The position numbers were made by a program, and so were the translations under genes. Shown in pieces: positions 1 to 10,267 of a DNA stretch of 64,000 nucleotides. A model generated the notes under the pieces. It worked only from the letters and a program-made list of their open reading frames with translations, was not told the origin of the DNA and searched no databases. The first letter of the stretch is position 1. Each line of letters starts with the position of its first letter. The stretch comes from Cyanophora paradoxa CCMP329 (lineage: Eukaryota > Plantae > Glaucophyta), in contig QPMI01000183.1 in the NCBI GenBank assembly GCA_004431415.1, positions 1 through 64,000 on the forward strand, read 5' to 3'.

Positions 1-40
1 TTGTACCCTCGGGGGACCCCCAAAAATTTTCCCATCCCTG
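1..40 (-). mobile_element. Possible terminus of a hAT-like DNA transposon extending left of the window
   Basis: Reverse complement of 27-40 is CAGGGATGGGAAAA, resembling the Ac-type TIR (C/T)AGGGATGAAA. The other end is not visible. Confidence 0.3.
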
Positions 41-649
41 GCCGGCGCGCGCGTCAGGCTGCCGACGTCTGAAGTTCTCTAATCCTTCAAGGCTTAGGCT
101 TGCTGGCTGGAGCAACTGCGCATGCCGGGTAGTGCCGGCATCTACTAGGCGGCTACCGCTGTAGTGCGCCAAATAAAATGGCGCGCCATCTTATTTTTAT
201 GGCGCACGCTTTCGAGCCATCGCAGAAAAAAATGCGCCGGCCAGCGCAGCTGGAGCTTTGCGTTGGGGAGTATACGTACTGCTAGGTTAGCTGTCGCGAT
301 CGAAATCGCCTATCATAGTATCATTATAGCCTACCGCCGGGCTACCACTAGTACTGGGCCACAGCGATACGCGTTTGTATGGCGCCATAGACATGGAAGG
401 TTAATTCTTGGCGATCGCGGAACTTAGATTTACCATATCTTGGCGATCGCGTATAGCCAGTATTAACTTAATAGCTAATGGAAACTCAAGTGTTCTCGCC
501 TTTTTTTTCGACTTGACCGTTGCGCCAGACCGGCCGGGAACCGTCGCGACAGAGGAAATCGAGTAGGCATGACGAGTCAGCGGCGGCCGGCCGGGGGGTA
601 CACCTGGCACGGTGTTTTATACGGTACGCACTATATATAGTATCGTATA

Positions 650-915
650 CTACTGGAGAACTAGAAATATTTAGTGGGCTGCATATTTAATTATAGTTCT
701 AAACATTTTTGGGCGATCTACTAAATATTTCCCGTCTGCTATTGCCGAGAATTTGTAGGGGTAGCATTGTCTCCGCCATACAAAAGCGTTGCAGAGACCG
801 TCGGACCGACGGTCAGTGGGTCACCGACCTACTAAAGATTTACTAGCTGCTAAAGTGGCAGTTTTGGCGAAGTACTAATTATTTTCCTGTACTAAATCAT
901 CTAGTTCTACAGTAG
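650..915. mobile_element. Candidate MITE with imperfect ~25-bp TIRs and TA flanks
   Basis: Left TA|CTACTGGAGAACTAGAAATATTTAGT; right ACTAAATCATCTAGTTCTACAGTAG|TA. AT-rich and non-coding, with an internal 19-bp palindrome at 796-814. Confidence 0.5.
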
Positions 916-1112
916 TAGCGCTACGGTAAGATATCCGATAGCTATAGCGATAGGGCCGGGCCAATCTTGCGAACGAAGTGGACTCGGAAGCGCTATAGGC
1001 TCAGCGGCTAGCCGGGTACGAGCACAGCAAGGCTAGCTAGCGCACGTCGACTCGATCGTTTCGAGCTCTGGCGACATTGATCCTGCTTTTTGCGGTAGCT
1101 AACATTCGCGTA

Positions 1113-2117
1113 ATGTCGGTCACGCTCCACACGACCCTCGGCGACCTGAAGGTCGAGGCGCGCCGTCCAGGAACCCGCAATGACGTTTCGCGTGCTGATA
1201 CGCGCCTCCAGATCTTCTGCGACCTCTCCCCGAAAGCTGCCGAGGTGCACGCGAGCGCAGTTCGGCGTGTTCGCGTGCACCTCACTCATCGGCCTTCGCA
1301 GAACTTCCTTGCGCTATGCGCCAGCAACTACTATGACGGGACTCTCTTCCACAGGTGCGCCTCCTTCGTCTGTGCCGAAATCGTGAATCACAGCGCACAG
1401 GAACATCAAAGGCTTTATGATCCAAGGTGGAGACCCGACGGGTCCGCCTGCAGCCTGTGCCACGCCCCGGAAGCTAGCTAAGGGGTCGCCGCGCCTCAGG
1501 CACGGGCAAGGGAGGCGAGTCCATCTACGGGCATAAGTTCGCAGACGAGTTCAACGACCAGCTGAAGGTGCCGTGCTAAGCCAGCGTGCCTCGCGCAGTC
1601 CGCTGATGGAAGTGCAACTGCTACCGCGCAGCACAACGCGCGGGGCGTTCTCTCGATGGCGAACTGTGCGCACGCCCCCTTGCGAGTGCTCAGCTCGTCG
1701 CGCCTGACCAGTTGCGCTCGGCAGCCGGGCCCAACACGAACGGGTCGCAGGCACGCCGCCCCATCTCGCGCCCAACGGCGGCCCCGGGCTGACGGCTACG
1801 CAGTTCTTCTTCACTTACGGGAAGCATCCTCACCTGAACAACAACTACACCATATTCGGCCGGTGCGCGCCCCTGCTGGAGCCGGCCGGCTCGCGGCCGG
1901 GGGTTCGGTGCGGCGGGTTCGACGGTCGCGGGGGCGGGGGCAGGGTCATCCACGGCTTGGAGACGCTGGACGCGATGGAGAAGGTTCCGGTGCGCGGGGC
2001 CGCAGTCGCGGCGCGTGCGGCCGCTGACGGGGCGGGCAGGTGGACGGGAAGGACCGGCCCCTCAACCCCATCAAGCTCGAGCGCGTCACCATCCACGCGA
2101 ACCCCATCGCCAGCTGA
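1113..2117 (+). CDS. PPIL3: Peptidyl-prolyl cis-trans isomerase-like 3 (cyclophilin), 10 exons
   Basis: Spliced product MSVTLHTTLGDLKVE/IFCDLSPKAAE/NFLALCASNYYDGTLFHR/NIKGFMIQGGDPTG...NGSQ/FFFTY...VTIHANPIAS*. Nine introns; those at 1158-1211 and 1751-1803 have GC donors. Confidence 0.95.
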
Positions 2118-2441
2118 AGCGCCCCTCGCCCCCGCGCCCCGCCCCTCCCGCCTCCTCCTCCCCCCCCCCTTGCCCCCCCCCCCCCCCCCTCTGCGCCCGC
2201 GACCCGCCTCCCTGGCCTAAGACGCTCAGCCTCCCCACCCATCGCCCCGTTTCCGCCACCGTCTTCGTCCTGTCTCTGGCAGTGCCCTCTTCCTCGTCCG
2301 TCCAATTTCCAGGGCTGTCGTACCCGTTCCATTCGCAGGCCGCCGCAGCGTTCCCTCGCCCCCCCTCCCCCCCTTCAGCCACTGCCACGGATCCCGGATC
2401 GAATGCTGTTAAATTTACGACTTCTGACCGCCGTGCTCCGG

Positions 2442-3272
2442 CTACTCGGTCTTCTTGGAAGCCTTCGCCGTCTCCGCGCGCCGCGGCGCCTTCTTCGCCC
2501 CGCCCCCCATGCCCGTCGCGATGAAGAGCCCGCCCTGCGCCCCGGCGACGCGTCAGCGGGGGGCGGCTGGGACGCGTGGCGGCGGCGACCCGGCGGGCAC
2601 CAGAATGCTCAGGTTCTTCAGGGCCTGGATGAGCGCGTTCTGAGGGGGGCGATGGGTTGGAGCGTGAGGGAAGATTCATCGACCAGCAACAGACCTGGTC
2701 GATGTGGCGGTTGCCTTCATTATCGACCTTGAAGGGGAAGTGGTTGAGATAGGCTGCCGGCTGGTCGTGAGCAAAGGCCGCGCCGCGGTGCAAATGGCAC
2801 AGCGCTACCCGCGGACTCACTCGTGGGGATGAGGAACAGCACGAGAAGGGTAGCGCCAAGACGAGGAGCGATGCTCGAGGCAAGCAGCAGGCCTGCAGCG
2901 CGAGGTGAGGTGCGCATGCGCAGACAGCAAGTCGGCGCCGGACTGAATTCGCGACGCGCACCGCCGATGCCCTCGAGGGCGTTGGAAAGGATTAGAAGGT
3001 ACTTAACGTACTCGGTCGGGAACTGGAGCGCAAGCATAAGCGCGGACTGCAGCGTAATGGCCGGTGCGGACCGGCAATGGCAGAGCGCACCTCAGGCGGC
3101 AGGATGCCGGACACGTACTTCACGACCTGCGCGCGGGAGGGTGTCAGCACAGCGGCGGGGCTGGCGGCACGCGGCGTACCTCCGGAAATGCCTCCGGCGT
3201 GGACTTTGTGTAGCAGCTGAACACAAAGATTGCACCCAGGAACAGGCGCCCGAGAATCAAGCGCGGATTCAT
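2442..3272 (-). CDS. DoxX/SURF4/HR-lesion-like small membrane protein with C-terminal KKxx ER-retrieval motif
   Basis: Spliced MNPRLILGRLFLGAIFVFS...LEGIGGLLLA...LLVLFLIPT...ALKNLSILGGLFIA...SKKTE*. Confidence 0.8.
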
Positions 3273-3561
3273 CGTCCAGAGAGTCGTCGCACGAAGTCTG
3301 CAGTCGTCGGCCGTCCTGTACCCGGGTCATTGAACTCCGGGCGACTCCCGGTTCTCAACTCCAATCTTGCCAGCGACCAGCTGCCGCTTTTCGAGAGCGC
3401 AACAGCTAGCTTTTCGAGCGCACAACGGCTCGGAATTCGTTCTCCAAGCCCTTGCACTTTCCTAGGCATCTCTATCTATTTCAAATCCTGTGCTGCGGCC
3501 GGGCCGCTGAGCGCGCGCTAGTGTTGGTTGATGATTGCCTGTATCTGATACAGTCGCTACA

Positions 3562-5720
3562 ATGCCAGTCGAGTGCCCCATTTGCATGCGCGTCCCAGTC
3601 TTGCATCTGGATCTGGATCTGCTGCACGCGCTCATGCAGCGACGCAGATCACGCCTGACGCACGGGGATATCAGCGCGCTCCCTTGCGGACACGTGCGTT
3701 TCCGCCAAGCCCGCCCGCTCACTCTCGACCTGATGTGCACATCAGGTCTTCCACGGCGCATGCGTCCTGCAGGCGCTCGAAACGACGAAGTGCTGCCCCC
3801 ATTGCAGGATGAAGTGCGGCGTCCGCCAGGTCATTATACCTTTGAATCTGATACAGTCTGCCCCAATTATACCGTCGAATTGAACTTCGACGACTCGAAG
3901 GTCATCAAGCTATGGCTAGACAGCTTCGACGACGGGTCGCCCTCGCAGCCGCCGCGGGCGACGCAGGGCCCGCCGGAGCCCGGAGTCACGCAGGCGCAGC
4001 TTGCCGCCCTGCAGAGCCGCCTGCGCGACTACGAGGCGACGGTTGCGAGCCTCCGGGACGCAGTCAGGCAGGGGCAAGAGCTGCGCGCGAAGGCCGAGAG
4101 CCAGGTTCAGACGGCCTCTGCCAAGGTGCGGCGTCACACCGGCTGACCGCAGCTGCGCGCCCGTCCCCACCGCCCCCCGCGCAGGCGGATCAGTTCAAGC
4201 AGGACCTGAAGGCTTCGCTGGAAGAGCTGAAGAGCAGCAAGGTGGGGCCGGCGCGCGCGCGCACGCGAATGCGGCCGGCGCTGACGTGCCGCCAGAGGCA
4301 AGCGGAGAGTTTGCAGAGGAAGCTGAAGGAGGCGGATGAGAAACTGGCGCGCCTGCACGCGCAGGTCGAGAGCTCCGAGTAGTGCGCCGGGGTCGCGCTG
4401 GGAGCTGCGCGGGGCGGGCGCGGGGTGTGAGAGCGGGCGCAGCATCAAGCAGGTGGTGGAGGGGCGGGAGGGGCAGGCGCCGCGACGGCCGCGGACGTCG
4501 CCCGAGAACGTCGAGCTCCTCGAGACCCTCGTGGCGACGCTCAAGAGGCCCGCCCCGCCCCTCCCGCCCCGCCCCGGCGCTGACGCCGAGGGCCCTTGCA
4601 GGGAGGTCAAGAAGCTCAAGGGCCAGGCGCGGGACGCCCACGACGAAGCCCAAGAGGCGAGCCGGCCTAGGGAAGGGGGGGGGGGGGGGGGGGGGGGGGG
4701 GAAGGGGGGTCCCTCGATTTCCTTCCGCTCTCGGTCTCACTGGGTGCAGGAGCGTGCCAAGGTGGAAGCGCGGATCCGCAAGTATGTGGTGCGCCCCCGA
4801 AGCTTCTTCCCCAGTACCCCCCTTCCTCTTCTGCGCCCCGATGACGCGGGGCGCAGGAGGAGCTGGACGAGGCGAGGGGGAAGGAGGCCGACCACAGGCT
4901 GCGGTCCGGGAGTACCCCATTCCGGGGGCGCAGCTGCGACTCACGGGGGTACAGGATCACGGCCCTGGAGCGCCAGCTTGCGGCAGCTCTGAAGGCCGGC
5001 GGGGCGGCGGGGCCCCGGTGGGCGGCCCCTGTGCCCGCGCCCCGCGCGTTGCCTCACGCCAGCGCAGACCCACCACGGCGGGGCCCCCTCCGCCGGCACA
5101 GAAGCCGCCCCCGCCTTCCCCACGCAAGGAGCCGCCCCCGAGGCCCGCCCCGGCCCCCGCCCCCCGGGCCTCCCCCCCTCCAGCCCCGGCCGCGGGGCCC
5201 GCGGCTCCCGCGCCGCCCCCGCCCCGCCTCCGGCGGCGGGGCCGAAGCTGGGGCCGGGGCGCGGGGCGAGGTGGTGGACCTGGAGAGCGAGGAAGGGTGG
5301 GAGGAGGGGGCCAGCGAGGGGGAGGGGCAGGGGGGCTTCCTGCGCCGCGGCGCCGCGCCGGCCGCCTACGCGGAGGGGCCCGACGAGGAGGGGCCCCGCC
5401 CCCGCCGCTCCCCCGCGCCCCGCCGCCCCACCCCGGCCCCCGCCGGCGGGAGCACGCAGCCGCCGCAGTTCGAAAACCGCGGGGTCTACACGACAGGGTA
5501 CAGCGGCACAGGGGCCCGCGTCAAGGCCTACACCAGCGCCCGCCCCGTGCGCACCGCTGCCGCGCGTGCCCCTCGGCTCCATGATCGTGACCGAGGCGTG
5601 GCACAGGCGCAGGCGGGGCGGCCGGGCGCGTCGGGGGCGCAGGGGCCAGCGAAGCGGCGGAGGCTGGGGGCTGGGGGCATCCAGCAGCCCATCGGCGCCT
5701 TCTTCTCAAAGACGTCGTAG
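3562..5720 (+). CDS. TRAIP: TRAIP-like RING E3 ubiquitin ligase (N-terminal RING, coiled coil, C-terminal PIP box)
   Basis: CPIC...DISALPCGH/VFHGAC...CPHC RING, long heptad coiled coil, and terminal QQPIGAFF PCNA-interacting motif. Multi-exon. Confidence 0.75.
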
Positions 5721-6410
5721 GCGCGAGCCCCACCCCACACGAGCCCATACCGTCCTTCCGCCGCGGGCGCCGCGCTCGCTCTTGGGAGGCACTCTTGTTC
5801 GAGAACGACTCGTATGCAACTAGTAGTCTACACTGCGGTCCGGTCCAGCCATCAAAGTTGAACATGCAAGTCCGCCGAGCCTGCGATCTACACTGCAAAG
5901 CGTGCGAAGCGTACTGCGACTGGAGCTTTCTCGTCGGGCGGAATGGGAAGCCTAAGCATAGTTCATGAGAGGCAAGCGTCGGCACACTTAATGTGGATAC
6001 AAGTACACAGCTGAAAAGTTGAAAAGAGAGGGCATCGGCACAAACTGTTCGACTGCAAGTCCTGACTGCCTGCACTACCATAGCCTATCCCTGCGGACAT
6101 TCACACGCCCATAAGCTGACAAGTTATCTGCGTAATTATTATGATACTAGTATACTAACATAAGCCAGGAATTAAGTATCTACAACCATACGTACTACGT
6201 ATACCTATCTAAATGGAAAGAGGAGACAAAGGGAGGGAAAGACGTCGACTCCTGCAATATTGGACTACAATAGATTACAATAACCCTACGACATTGATTA
6301 CTCGTATGCGCCTACTTCTCAATGCAATACACGCGGTCATGATCATCCAGGAGAGGCCTCGCGTCGGAATGCGGGGCGGGCTTCGACTCGGCGAAGTCGA
6401 AGCGGAGGGG

Positions 6411-8590
6411 TCAGGCGAGGGAGGCGAGGGCGGAGCGGGCCTCGACGGGGACCGGGGGCGGCGGCGTGGTCGCCGAGACGAAGGCCGAGCCGCCCCCTCG
6501 GGCGGCCCCGGTGGGGGTTCCGGACGCGGCGGGGCCGCCGTGAGGGGGCGACGAGGCGCCAAGGGAGGCGAGGCCAGAGGCGGAGGGGAGGGCGGGGGCC
6601 GCGGCGGGCGCGGGCGCGGAGGCGGTTGCGGGGGTGGAGGGGTTGGAGGGGGAGGGGCCGGAGGGGGAGGGGGCGGGGCCGGGGCCGGGGGAGGGGTCGC
6701 GGGGCCGGCGGATGTAGGCGACGAGGTAGACCTCGCCGCCGGTGGTGGCCATGGCGTGGGCGGAGAGGCGGGCGTGGCAGGGGACCTCCTCGCCCCGCCG
6801 CGTCCGCAGCCGCATCGGCATCTCCATCGAGAGCACCAACCGCGAGAGCAGCAGCTGCAGGCCCTGCCCCCGCCTCAGACCGAGCGCACCCCGCCCGCCC
6901 CCGACGCCCCTCGCTCCGCACCTGACAGGCGGCCGCGTCCGAGGGGAAGGTGATGGTGGCAAGGGTCAGCGCGCGCGCCTCCTCCTCGCTGTACCCCAGG
7001 GCGGAGGAGAGGGAGGGGGCCATTCGGCAGACGGAGCCGTCGGACTTGCCGACGAGGAGCTCGTCCTCGTCCCGCACGTTCAAAGCCATCCCCGAGGTCA
7101 CGTTCGGCGGCGGCGACGGCAGGTTCGGCAGCGACTGGAGCGACGGCAGCACCGACGCCGGGGCCGCCGGAGACGCCGAGCTCGACGGCTTCGAGCCCGA
7201 GCCCGAGCCGGCACTCGAGCTCCCCTGGGACTGAAAAGACTGCAGCTGAGACTGAAGAGACTTGACCTGCGACTGAGGGGCGAAAGGTCGGCACAAATCC
7301 GGGGGAGATTTGATCTCCTGCCAAGGACGGCGCCCGCCGCGCACCTGCAGCTCCTTGTTCGCCTTCCTGAGCTCCTGCAGCTGCTTCTCGTTCTCCGCGA
7401 GCGTTTGCTGCGGGCCGGGTCGGCGCAATGAGTGGTTCTAATCATTGGGCGGCGGGGGGCCGCACCTTGGCCTCCTGCAGGTCCTTCTCCGTGTCCTTGA
7501 CTCGTATCTTAGCCCGCTTGTTCTGGAACCAGACCTCGACCTGCCGCGGCTGCAGCCCTAGGACGCTCGCCAGCTGGTTCCGCCTCGCCTGGTTCAGCTT
7601 CGAGCACTGCCCGCAGCAAGGTCAGACGAAACTTCTCTAAAGAGCAAACGATCTCGCTGAAGCGGGCACGGACCTCGTCGAACTGCTGCTTCAGGTAGGA
7701 GACCTGATCGGGGGAGAGCCTGTTGAGTTTCCTTTTCTGCGCGGCGGCCGGGCGCGATGAGCGGCACTGGATACGAAAGCGGAGCCTACAAAGTGCATAG
7801 AAAGGAATGCGCCGCACGTGCCTTGCCGTCCTCGGTGAGCGCGGCGTCAGGGTCGGTGCTGGAGGGCCGGGGGCCCAAGTTCGGGGAGGAGGCCTCAGAC
7901 GAGCAAGGAGACAGCGGGGCCACCCGTGGAGTGGAACTCGAAGTCCGAGCCGACGTCCCTCCCGCCGGGGCCGGCTTGGCGGCTCCCAGCGCCGGGATGT
8001 CGATGTCGGTCAGCGAGGGGGGCGAGTCCCGCGCCTCGCCTCGCTCCGTCCGCTCCTCCTCCCGCTGCGTCTCTGTGCATGGAGAGCTAGATAAGCACCG
8101 CTGAACACCCCGGGCGCTCCGGCGCAGCTGTTTGCGGAACATGATCGGACCTGTCTTCACGGTGTGATTGTTGAACGGGTCGTAGCCGAGCAGGTCGTGC
8201 AGTCCCGGATAGGGCTGGCTGTCGAACGGGTGTGCCGAATGCTGCGTCGGCGGGTCCAGAGTCCATCTCCTCCTGCGACCCGAGCTCCGCGTCAGAAGCC
8301 GCGGCCGCGCGCGCGGGCCGGGCGAGGTCGGAGCGGCGTGCGCACTCGAATGGCTGGCCCGGTTGGCCGGTGCTGACGCTGGCTCCCGTGCCTATGATTG
8401 ACGGGAATGCAGGCCACCGGTGCGCTGAGCTGCTGCTGGGCTCGTCCAAGAGGAACGGGTCCATGCTCAGGGCGAGGGCGGGGCCGCCCGCGCCGCTTCG
8501 CTCGGGGCTGAGGAAGAGCGGGCTCAGGAGCGGCGTCCGCCCGCTCCTCTCGTCGGCAGGCGCGGCCACATCGACGCCGAGCACAGACAT
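6411..8590 (-). CDS. Homeodomain-leucine zipper protein with C-terminal PAS-like domain
   Basis: KRKLNRLSPDQVSYLKQQFDE/CSKLNQARRNQLASVLGLQPRQVEVWFQNKRAK, followed by a heptad zipper (DTEKDLQEAK/QTLAENEKQLQELRKANKELQ/SQVKSLQ), then PAS-like DGSVCRMAPSLSSALGYSEEEA...ITFPSD...MRLRTRRGEEVPC. Start codon inferred. Confidence 0.8.
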
Positions 8591-9145
8591 GGCCGCCCTC
8601 TTTTTTTTGAGTATGATTGGTAAGCGAAATAGTAGTTGGTGCATCCCGGGTACAGGCACAAAGCGGTGCGCTCACAGCTTGGAGAGGCGCTGGCGGTAGG
8701 CGCGGAGGAAGCGGGCGCGGCGGGACATGGGGTGCGCCCCGGCCGCGGCCCCCCGGTACACCTCCGCCAGCTGCACCCCAGACGGGTCGGGGGCGCGCCG
8801 CAGGGCCGGCGGGCGGGTGCCTCACCTCCGCGCTGTGGGAGAGGCACATTGCGCGAAGCTCGGCCGCCTCCTCGCCCCTCAGGTGCCCCGCCTCCGCCAG
8901 CTCTGCGCATGCCCGCCCCGCCGCGCGCGCCGCCCGCTCAGCGCGGCCCGACCTCGAGCTCGCGCCCAGCGGGCCCGCGCACCCTCCACCGCCTCGGCGG
9001 CCTCCATGAACGTCTCCTCGCCTGCGCGCCACCGGATCGGGCGAGAGCCGAGCGCGAGTTGGCCCCGCGGCCGGCGGCCCAGCGCTAGCGCTAGCGCCCC
9101 GCCGCGGCCGCACCCGCGCTGTCCACTGACACGTCGTCCACGTCG
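8590..9145 (-). pseudogene. Duplicated 3' part (last exons, introns, 3'UTR) of the neighbouring PWWP gene
   Basis: 8632-9145 is near-identical to 10228-10701 apart from six small insertions and one substitution. Weaker similarity extends to about 8590. Confidence 0.9.
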
Positions 9146-10267
9146 TAGCGCCCGGGAAGCAATATTAATCCGATCTAGCTTTCAGGTTGCAACTTGTGGA
9201 CTGTCGGCCTCGGGGAGGCGTTCGAGTGCGCGCTGGGCGCCCCGGCCGGGGTTTGTTGTACATGTGTTTGGCATTGCGCGAAACCCGGCCCTCGGCCGCC
9301 GGGCTGCGGATCAGCGCCTCTAGACTTCAACGCCAACGCGCACGCCACGCCACTGCGGAACTGCGGCCACTGGGCGAGGTGCTTTATGATTATCTAGTGC
9401 GCGCGCAGGCCGCGGCGGCGATATCGATGGAGCGAGTGATCACACCAGCAGGTGCGAATGCAGGTGCACATGCACGTGTACGTGACTGTGCAGCGCCGGC
9501 AGATTCGATGATAGCCATAGCCTATAGCAGGCCTAGTCTTGAAGCGGCCGCGGCCGCGGCGGCGCGGCGGCGGCGTCGACTAATACTTCCGACTGCCCGC
9601 GCCCTAGACCTTGGCCATAGCATGCGCAGGCTGTTGAACACTCAGTGATCATGCATATGATTCATGACTGTTACCTTTACGTTGTGTCCGAAGGTTCTAT
9701 TGAATCAGATCTCAGAGTCTAGATCATCGGAATTATCATAGTATAGCCAGTATGTCACAGTGTATAAATCATATAGATTTATACTAAGCGACGTCGACCC
9801 GCGGCGGAAATTAAAGTGGCCTGGAGCTTACTACTAAGTTATGATCATGATCATGATTAGCCGCGGCGTTCAAGGCTTCGGCCGCGGCTCGCGATCGGGT
9901 ATTCAAGGACTACGGTAACCGATATCGATATCCGATGATCGCCGGCGAGTCGAGAATTGTTCCAGAGACACTGTGACAATTCGCAATTCTTTCCTGCGCG
10001 CCGAGAGTGCCTAGGCCTAGCCATAGTTAGATCTGCCAGGCTGCCACACAAATGCACAGGACCAGGACCCCCCCCCCCCCCCCCCCCGCATCTTCTCCCT
10101 TTGCTTTCCCACCCCCCCCCCTGCTCCCCTCCCCGATCCTCTGGGTCTCTGGGTGATAGCCGAGCAAGTCGTGCGGTCACCGAGTGGCGGCCTTCTTTTA
10201 TTGAGTATGCTTGGTACGCTAGTACTGGTAGTTGGTGCATCCCGGGTACAGGCACAAAGCGGTGCGC

